A DNA stretch of 63,997 nucleotides, counting the filler, from Acidimicrobiia bacterium (lineage in GTDB: Bacteria > Actinomycetota > Acidimicrobiia > Spongiisociales > SHLN01): assembly GCA_041619515.1 (NCBI GenBank). It is 3 parts of 3 records of this genome, joined end to end, with 100 filler letters (N's around TTAATTAATTAA, not from the genome) between each part and the next. Parts side by side here need not be neighbours in the genome. Positions count along the whole stretch, not along the records: positions 46,565 to 63,997 come from JBFKDW010000067.1; 2 more parts are not named here. One strand, written 5' to 3'. The stretch's first letter is position 1, and each line of letters begins with the position of its first letter. Under the pieces are notes generated by a model. It worked only from the letters and a program-made list of their open reading frames with translations. It was not told the origin of the DNA and did not search any database. Shown here one piece after another: positions 57,374 to 63,997 of this stretch. Position numbers and translations under genes: made by a program.

Positions 57374-59047
57374 GGCGTCCCGAACCCTCTCCACCGCAGC
57401 TTGGTAGGCCCGGGCGCTTGCATCTCGGTCGAACCGTGCCTCCAGCAGCCTCGGCCCGGCCGGGGGGCGGGATACCGTCTCGGCCAGCTCGGCCGCGCCC
57501 GTAACCAGCGAGTATTGAAGGCCAAACAGTTGGGCGGCGGCGGCGAAGTCCAGCCCGTGCGGCGTGGCGAACAGCTCCTCGAATTCGGGCAGCGATGCCT
57601 GAGGCAGCAGGTGGAAGATCCCCCCGCCGTCGTTGTTGATCACGATGATGGTGAGGTCGGTGTGATGCCGTCCTGCCCATCCGAGGGCGGTGAGATCATG
57701 GAGCGCCGATAGGTCGCCGGCCACCAGGTAGGTGGGATCGTCTCCCGACACGGCCGAGCCGATACCGGATGAGATGAAGCCGTCGATGCCGCTCGCTCCC
57801 CGGTTGGCGAGCAAGCGAACGGAGCGAGAGGAGGTGCTCAGCATCAGATCCACCTGCCGGATCGGCATCGACGAGGCAACCCACACGGTCGCGGGCTGTG
57901 GGACCGAGCCGACGATGGTGGCGACCGCCTGGAGCTCATCGAACGCAGCCGGTGCTGCGTGGAGCGCCGCCGCCGCCCTGGCATCGGCAGCGAGCCATCG
58001 GGGGAGCCACCAGTCTGGGGCGGGTGCCGTTACGAGTTTGGCGAGCTCACCCGCCACCCTCGCCGGGCTGGAGGCCACGACGGCGCGGGCAGTGCCTCCC
58101 GGATCGGGGAGGCCGGTGACCTCGACGACGGCACATGCGGTTTCGGGGTGAGCAGCCAGCCACATGTTGAGCGCCTTGGAGGTCGGGACGGCCCCGAAGC
58201 GGATCGCAGTCTCGGGGGCGTTGGCGTCGAGATACCCGGCCTGTGCGAGGGCGTCGTAGTGACCGACGACCTGGCTGAGGTCGTGGGAACCAACCCGTAC
58301 TCCTGAGAGCGGATCGGCGAGGACGGGAAAACCCGTGGCCCTCGCCAGGTCGGTGACGGCGGCAGGAAGGGCGCGAGTGGCGTCCGGTCCGGCGATCAAC
58401 ACCCCCCGGGTGCCTTCGACCAGGTCGGCCAGGGCCCGCAAGGATCCCTCGTCGGGCGCATGGGACGGCGCCGTCCAGGTGGTCGGCGGATCGGTCTTCG
58501 CCGGGGCAGGCGAACCCGGCCCCGGCATCAGCGGTTCGTCGAATGGGAAGTTGATGTGCACCGGGCCTGATGGATCGGTTACGGCTTCCCCCCAGGCCCG
58601 GGCCGCCATAGCCCGGGTGGCCCCGCCGTCCGTGACCGTCGCCAGGGGAGCGTCGTGGAACCACTTGACGTTGCGCCCGTAGAGCTCGACCTGGTCGATT
58701 GTCTGGTTGGCGCCCGTTCCCCGCAAGGCGGGCGGGCGGTCGGCGGTGAGCAACAGCAGCGGCACCCGTCCGAAGCTGGCTTCGATCACCGCCGGATACA
58801 GCTCGGCGGCGGCGGTACCCGAGGTGGTGACCACGGCCACCGGCCTCGCCGTCGTCTTGGCGGCTCCCAGGGCGAAGAAGCCAGCCGAGCGCTCGTCGTG
58901 GTGAACCCAGTGCCGAATGGCAGGGTGGCGGGCTATGGCCAGCGTCAACGGGGTGGAGCGCGAGCCCGGGCTGATACAAGCGTGCTGGAGGCCATGGGCG
59001 GCGAGTTCGGCGACGAACGCAGCGGTGATGTCGTAGGTCTCTGCCAT
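57356..59047 (-). CDS. menD: SEPHCHC synthase
   Basis: SPGSRSTPL, DERSA, TSGTA, NRGASGIDG and NNDGGGIF. Confidence 0.95.
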   Translation of the reverse strand: MAETYDITAAFVAELAAHGLQHACISPGSRSTPLTLAIARHPAIRHWVHHDERSAGFFALGAAKTTARPVAVVTTSGTAAAELYPAVIEASFGRVPLLLLTADRPPALRGTGANQTIDQVELYGRNVKWFHDAPLATVTDGGATRAMAARAWGEAVTDPSGPVHINFPFDEPLMPGPGSPAPAKTDPPTTWTAPSHAPDEGSLRALADLVEGTRGVLIAGPDATRALPAAVTDLARATGFPVLADPLSGVRVGSHDLSQVVGHYDALAQAGYLDANAPETAIRFGAVPTSKALNMWLAAHPETACAVVEVTGLPDPGGTARAVVASSPARVAGELAKLVTAPAPDWWLPRWLAADARAAAALHAAPAAFDELQAVATIVGSVPQPATVWVASSMPIRQVDLMLSTSSRSVRLLANRGASGIDGFISSGIGSAVSGDDPTYLVAGDLSALHDLTALGWAGRHHTDLTIIVINNDGGGIFHLLPQASLPEFEELFATPHGLDFAAAAQLFGLQYSLVTGAAELAETVSRPPAGPRLLEARFDRDASARAYQAAVERVRDALRGGK

Positions 59048-59143
59048 CGGCGGGGAGGTTACCTCCCGGGTGACATCGAAACCGCAACCACCTAAAGTGA
59101 TAGTGCAACAAACACAAGGGCAACACGGGAACAGGGGGCCGCG

Positions 59144-59344
59144 ATGACGGTTGTTGGATTCATCGGACTCTGGGCGGGCCTGGCCGCTCTCACGCTCGTG
59201 GCGATCATGCTCCCCACCTGGCGGCCACCCAAATGGCTGTGCGACGGCACGGGACTGCCGCTCTTCCCGAAAGATGCCTGGCAGACACCGGCGATCCAGC
59301 GGCAGCGATCTGTGCTACGCGACCGCCGCCCCCACAGCGAGTAG
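59144..59344 (+). CDS. Possible small single-pass membrane protein
   Basis: 66-aa ORF with an N-terminal TM helix filling the menD-menA gap. Overlaps the menA 3' end by 30 nt. Confidence 0.35.
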   Translation: MTVVGFIGLWAGLAALTLVAIMLPTWRPPKWLCDGTGLPLFPKDAWQTPAIQRQRSVLRDRRPHSE

Positions 59345-60244
59345 CGAACCAACCACCAAGTGGAGCCGGGCGGTTCCCTTCAGCGCCCGAATCAGCCTGG
59401 GCCCGTCCGTCGCTGTCCCGATGATCCTCGTCACCGGAACGGCCAAGGGTGCTGCCGCTACCGCCAGCGCCGTCCAGCGGGGCGTTCCCCCGGCGGCGGC
59501 GAAGATGGCGATGACGGCGAACGCCCCGTAGACGAGGCCCGAGAACAGCCGGGCGGTGGCAGCCCGTCCCAGCATCACGGCCAGCGTGCGTTTTCCGGTC
59601 GCTGCGTCCGTTTCGATATCGCGAATGTTGTTGGCTACCAGGATGGCCGTCACCAGCATCCCGACCGGGACCGACAAGAGCCAGGCATCGAGCGGCGCGG
59701 TCGAATCGTGTACGTAGCGGCTGCCGACCGTTGCAATCACGCCGAAGAACACGAACACGAACAGCTCGCCTAGCCCCCGATAGCCGTACGGGCGCGGGCC
59801 TCCGACATAGCCCAGGGCGGCGATCACGGAGACCACCCCGATGACGATGATCACCGGCCCTGAAATGGCTGCCAGATACACGCCGCCGACGGCGGCGATG
59901 GTGAACATCACCCACACCCCGGTCCACATCTGAGTGGCCGACAGCAGCCCGGAGGAAACCGCCCGCGTCGGCCCGATGCGACGCTCGTCGTCGGCACCTC
60001 GCCTGGCGTCGGAGGCATCGTTGGCGAAGTTGGCGGCAACCTGGATGGCGAGGGCGGCGATGAGCGTGACGGCGAAGGCGTCCCACCGGAAATAGCGGGC
60101 ACCGTCGGGGCACGGGGTCGTAATGCATGAGATCTCGCGCCGACCGTCTCCCCAGGCCAACCCTCCGCCGACCAGGACGGGTACAACCGCGGCCCACAAT
60201 GTGGTGAGGCGAGCGGCCAGCACCCAGGCATGGACCGCGCTCAC
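59315..60244 (-). CDS. menA: DHNA polyprenyltransferase
   Basis: [20 protein letters not shown] and NNIRDIETD...GKRT. Confidence 0.93.
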   Translation of the reverse strand: MSAVHAWVLAARLTTLWAAVVPVLVGGGLAWGDGRREISCITTPCPDGARYFRWDAFAVTLIAALAIQVAANFANDASDARRGADDERRIGPTRAVSSGLLSATQMWTGVWVMFTIAAVGGVYLAAISGPVIIVIGVVSVIAALGYVGGPRPYGYRGLGELFVFVFFGVIATVGSRYVHDSTAPLDAWLLSVPVGMLVTAILVANNIRDIETDAATGKRTLAVMLGRAATARLFSGLVYGAFAVIAIFAAAGGTPRWTALAVAAAPLAVPVTRIIGTATDGPRLIRALKGTARLHLVVGSLLAVGAAVA

Positions 60245-61059
60245 GGAAGCCGTGGAAACTTCCCGAAGTCGGGCGGGCGCTTCTCGTTGAAGGCGTCGCG
60301 CCCCTCCTTGCCCTCCTCGGTCATGTAGAAGAGCATGGTGGCGTCCCCGGCCAGCTGCTGCTGCCCTGCGGCCCCATCCGCGGCGGCATTGATAGCTGCC
60401 TTGATGAACCGGATGGCGATCGGCGACTTCGTGAGGATCTCCCTGGCCCAAGAAACCGTCTCGGCCTCGAGGTCGGCGAGCGGGACGACCTTGTTCACCA
60501 TCCCCATTTCGTAGGCCTGATCGGCCGTGTACTGCCGGCACAGGTACCAGATCTCACGAGCCCGCTTGTCGCCCACCATGCGAGCGAGCAGGCTGGAGCC
60601 GTAGCCGGCGTCGAACGAGCCGACTTTCGGGCCGGTCTGCCCAAAGACCGCGTTGTCGGCTGCGATGGTGAGGTCGCAGACGAGATGAAGAATGTGGCCG
60701 CCGCCGATGGCATACCCGGCGACCATGGCAATGAACGGCTTGGGCGTGCGGCGCATCTGAATCTGGAGATCGAGCACGTTCAGGCGCGGCGTTCCTTTGG
60801 GATCGACGTACCCGGCGTGACCGCGTATCTTCTGGTCCCCGCCCGAGCAGAACGCCTCGTCGCCGGCCCCGGTCAGGATGATCACCCCGATCGCAGGGTC
60901 ATCGCGGGCGTCGTCGAATGCCTCCGCCAGCTCGAATAGCGTCGTGGGCCGGAAGGCATTGCGCACCTCGGGACGGTTGATCGTCACCTTGGCGATTCCC
61001 TCCGCCTTCTCGTAGACGATGTCCTCGTACTCGCCGGCCGTTTGCCAACTGACTGTCAT
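60241..61059 (-). CDS. menB: 1,4-dihydroxy-2-naphthoyl-CoA synthase
   Basis: [17 protein letters not shown] and VGSFDAGYG. Confidence 0.97.
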   Translation of the reverse strand: MTVSWQTAGEYEDIVYEKAEGIAKVTINRPEVRNAFRPTTLFELAEAFDDARDDPAIGVIILTGAGDEAFCSGGDQKIRGHAGYVDPKGTPRLNVLDLQIQMRRTPKPFIAMVAGYAIGGGHILHLVCDLTIAADNAVFGQTGPKVGSFDAGYGSSLLARMVGDKRAREIWYLCRQYTADQAYEMGMVNKVVPLADLEAETVSWAREILTKSPIAIRFIKAAINAAADGAAGQQQLAGDATMLFYMTEEGKEGRDAFNEKRPPDFGKFPRLP

Positions 61060-61192
61060 GTTTCCTCCAGCCGGGAAGGCTAGTGAGGGATGCGGTCCGA
61101 AGCCGTCGGCACGGTGGCCCGTGGCCGGCGCCGCCTGCCGACGCCGTAGCCTGGTCTCCCCGGGGTTCTACAGCCTGAGGCACGGGAGCGAC

Positions 61193-62617
61193 ATGGACCA
61201 CATCGACCGCTGGAACATCCTCGAGCCGGACCAGGTGGCTGTTCATCTGGCCGGCGATGCGGTCACATATCGGGAGCTGGCAACGCTCGTCAGCCGTGGC
61301 TCGGGCGCGCTCGATGGATATGGTGTCAAGCCCGGTGATCGAGTCGCGATCTGGGTTCACAACGACCTGTCCTCGCTCGTGGCGCTGTGGGCTGTGCCCC
61401 GGATGGGTGCCATTGCCGTTCCGATCAGCTCCCGCCTCACCCATCCGCAGGTCCGGGCCCAGCTCGAGCTGGTGGAGCCGGTGCTGGTCCTGGGGACCGA
61501 CGTCCCAACCGGGCGTGACACGGTGGCTACAGATTCCTTGTTCGATGGACGGCCGGCTGTCCCGCACCCTCACGCTCCCGACGACCTGCACTCGGTGTTC
61601 TTCACATCCGGCTCGGCCGGTGAGCCCAAGGGAGTCCGCCTCACGTGGCGCAATCACGAGGCTTCGGCCGCAGCCGCCGCCGGGCGCCAGCCGGTACAGC
61701 CGGACGATCGCTGGCTGGCGGTGCTGCCGCTGTTTCACCTCGGCGGCTTTGCCGTCACCTATCGCATGTTTCGGGCCGGTGGCGCCGTCGTGCTCGAGCC
61801 CGACTTCGAAGCCGGTCGAATCGCAGCAGCCCTCGAGACGGTCTCGTACGCTTCGCTGGTGCCGACCATGCTGTCGCAGCTCCTGGCGCAACGCCCGGCC
61901 GGGTTCGGCGGGGCTACCAAAGCGGTCCTGGTCGGCGGGGCCCGTGTCCCACACGAGCTTCAGGCGGCGGCCAGGGCGGCCAACCTGCCGGTGGCGGTGA
62001 CCTACGGGATGACCGAGACCGCCTCGCAAGTGGCGACCGCCACGGCGTTCGATCCGCCCGGGAGCGGTGCACTTCCGCTCGACAGCGTCGTTATCGAGGC
62101 CGGCCGCCCGGATGCGCCCGATGCCATCCGGATCGCCGGCCCGATGGTGAGTCCCGGGTACTGGGGTGAGCCGGACAGGGAAGGCGCCTTCGAGACCCGT
62201 GATATCGGCTTTCTCGACGATGGAGGCAGGCTGCACGTAGTGGGCCGCAGTGATGATGTCGTCATCTCAGGGGGCGAGAACATCCACCCCGGCGAGGTCG
62301 AGGCTGCGCTCGAGGCGCTCCCGGCGGTGCGAGCCGCCGCCGTGTTCGGAGTCCCCGACCCGATCTGGGGGGAGCGGCTCGAGGCGGCGGTCGTGCCGGA
62401 AGGTCCGTCGGGAACCGAAGCAGCCATTGAAGAGAGCCTCGGTCGGGTGCTGCCGGCGTTCAAGATCCCCAAGCGCTGGCACCTGGTTTCTGCGCTGCCC
62501 CTGGGTGTGACCGGCAAGGTCGACCGGCAGGCACTGCGCTCACTGGCGGCCGGCGCCGAATCCCCAGGCGACTCCGACCGGCAGACGACCGATGGGCCGG
62601 CAGGGCGTGCTACTTGA
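61193..62617 (+). CDS. menE: o-succinylbenzoate--CoA ligase
   Basis: FTSGSAGEPKG, SLVPTML, TYGMTETASQ, GR.DDVVISGGEN, plus men-cluster context. Confidence 0.85.
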   Translation: MDHIDRWNILEPDQVAVHLAGDAVTYRELATLVSRGSGALDGYGVKPGDRVAIWVHNDLSSLVALWAVPRMGAIAVPISSRLTHPQVRAQLELVEPVLVLGTDVPTGRDTVATDSLFDGRPAVPHPHAPDDLHSVFFTSGSAGEPKGVRLTWRNHEASAAAAAGRQPVQPDDRWLAVLPLFHLGGFAVTYRMFRAGGAVVLEPDFEAGRIAAALETVSYASLVPTMLSQLLAQRPAGFGGATKAVLVGGARVPHELQAAARAANLPVAVTYGMTETASQVATATAFDPPGSGALPLDSVVIEAGRPDAPDAIRIAGPMVSPGYWGEPDREGAFETRDIGFLDDGGRLHVVGRSDDVVISGGENIHPGEVEAALEALPAVRAAAVFGVPDPIWGERLEAAVVPEGPSGTEAAIEESLGRVLPAFKIPKRWHLVSALPLGVTGKVDRQALRSLAAGAESPGDSDRQTTDGPAGRAT

Positions 62618-63997
62618 AGGCGTAGAAGTTCCCGTCGCGAGATGCGACGTAGATCCCACCCTTCCAGACCGCAGGGGTGCTCTCGATGCAGCCGGACCCC
62701 AGGTCGAGCTGCCAGATCTCCTGCGGTGAGGCGGGCTCGGAAACGTCGTACCCGCGCAGGCCGCCCCCTTCCTCACAGTTGACCGCGACCACCAGCGTGT
62801 CGTCGACCAGCACGGGCGAGGACCAGGCGTGGTGGCCGATGTCGTCGCGCCACAGGACCTCGCCGCTTCCGGTGTCAACGGCCAGCAGCTCGCCGGGGTG
62901 GGTGGCGGCGTAGATGACACCATCGCCGAGGGCGGGGGTGGCCCACAGCCCTCCGTCGCTGCCGGAGAACAGAGGCGGAACGGGCACGCCCCACACGAAC
63001 GGGTCGTCTGCGCCCGGGTCGAGCTTGATGAGCTGACCGAGCTCGCTGCTCCTGGGACGGAACTTCTCGAGCTCGACGGACACGTACAGCATGCCTTCGG
63101 CGTCGATGACGATGGTGGCATCGACGTCATCTCCCACCCAGTAGTCGAAGACGACGGGCGCCTCCCCCGCATCGATATCGGTCAGGTCGAGGCCGAGGAC
63201 CCGTCCGCCGGAGTTCGAGAAGAATGCGGTCCCGTCGTAGATGGCGACCGAGTTCTCGATGCTGACGTTGCGTCCCACCCGCGCGATCAGGTCGTCGTCG
63301 TAGGAGGGGTGGGAGAGAAGCATCTCCGGGTCGACGGTGGCCCGTCCTTCGCCGTCGTATCCCCGGTTCAGCTTCCACACGTAGAAGATCCCGTTCTCGC
63401 CCCCCTCGAACAGCAAGTCATCGATGACGGTGGGGTTGCCGTCCCAATCGTTGTTCCAAATCGAGTTGGGGGGTGTGACGAACGCCCACAGCTCGGTTGG
63501 CGTCGGCCGGTCCAGCGCCACGATGCGGAGCCGATCGTCGCGGGAGCCGAAGTAGATGAGGGGGTACCCGTCGGGGTCCAGAGTCACCGAGCCCTTGTTG
63601 ATGTCCTGGGTGGGGAATTCTGGGCGGGTGGGGCGTCCGGTGGCGGCGTCGAGGAAATGGACCGCCCGGTCGTAGGCCCCGACTATGAGCTCGGTCACCC
63701 CATCGGGTCGTTCCCACACGGCGGGCTGCCCCGTCCACCCGCTCCCGCACCACGAGGTCGCTTCACCGCCGACGGTCGACAATCCGCATCCGATCTCGAA
63801 CGACCAGGCGACGGTCGGATTCTCCGGCACGGGCCCCATCCCGTACCACGTGCGGCTCGGGTTGCCCCGGAACTGGAGGAGCCCCTCCACCGGACCGGTT
63901 GGGGGCGCCTGCACGGTGCGGGCGTCCACGAACCGGGCGAGCGGGAGGGTCGTGGTCGTCGTGGTGGGGGCGGGCTCGGCGGCAGCGACCTGAGCGA
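62610..63997 (-). CDS. PQQ-like beta-propeller repeat protein (5' end beyond window)
   Basis: FRGN..R.WYG, repeated W..SSP/STP blades and a Thr-rich linker. Frame is open to the window end. Confidence 0.75.
   Translation of the reverse strand, partial: AQVAAAEPAPTTTTTTLPLARFVDARTVQAPPTGPVEGLLQFRGNPSRTWYGMGPVPENPTVAWSFEIGCGLSTVGGEATSWCGSGWTGQPAVWERPDGVTELIVGAYDRAVHFLDAATGRPTRPEFPTQDINKGSVTLDPDGYPLIYFGSRDDRLRIVALDRPTPTELWAFVTPPNSIWNNDWDGNPTVIDDLLFEGGENGIFYVWKLNRGYDGEGRATVDPEMLLSHPSYDDDLIARVGRNVSIENSVAIYDGTAFFSNSGGRVLGLDLTDIDAGEAPVVFDYWVGDDVDATIVIDAEGMLYVSVELEKFRPRSSELGQLIKLDPGADDPFVWGVPVPPLFSGSDGGLWATPALGDGVIYAATHPGELLAVDTGSGEVLWRDDIGHHAWSSPVLVDDTLVVAVNCEEGGGLRGYDVSEPASPQEIWQLDLGSGCIESTPAVWKGGIYVASRDGNFYAFK

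Overview
High-GC bacterial DNA, probably an Acidimicrobiia-like actinobacterial MAG. This is inferred from the tandem CIRCE, the MprAB-like system, many apparently leaderless genes and 'AAACGG..TTTT' lipoproteins. The window is three unrelated contigs joined by N-TTAATTAATTAA-N linkers at 23292-23391 and 46465-46564. Contig 1 (1-23291) holds a 60-bp palindromic tandem repeat, a DeoR-regulated galactoside uptake/Leloir operon ending in an uncharacterised GT28/UgtP-like glycosyltransferase, a DEAD-box helicase fused to an RRM with a structured 5' leader, xylA, a DrrAB-type exporter and the end of an NRPS cluster (A-PCP-E, then C-PCP-TE with no A domain and a Cys-type TE). Contig 2 (23392-46464) holds the end of the spc/alpha ribosomal operons, truA-rplM-rpsI-glmM, a complete glmS ribozyme ahead of a Firmicutes-like glmS, acpS-nnr-alr-peptidase-udg-tsaE-tsaB-rimI-tsaD, and CIRCE-groES-groEL. 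Contig 3 (46565-63997) holds a cytosine deaminase, an HTH_42 glycosylase, a GNAT/acyl-CoA synthetase fusion, CBS-BON, a hydrolase, a GTDC1/QTMAN-like glycosyltransferase, mprAB with an MprA box, a scrambled menF/D/A/B/E cluster and a partial PQQ-like beta-propeller. All calls come from reading motifs by eye; no searches were run.
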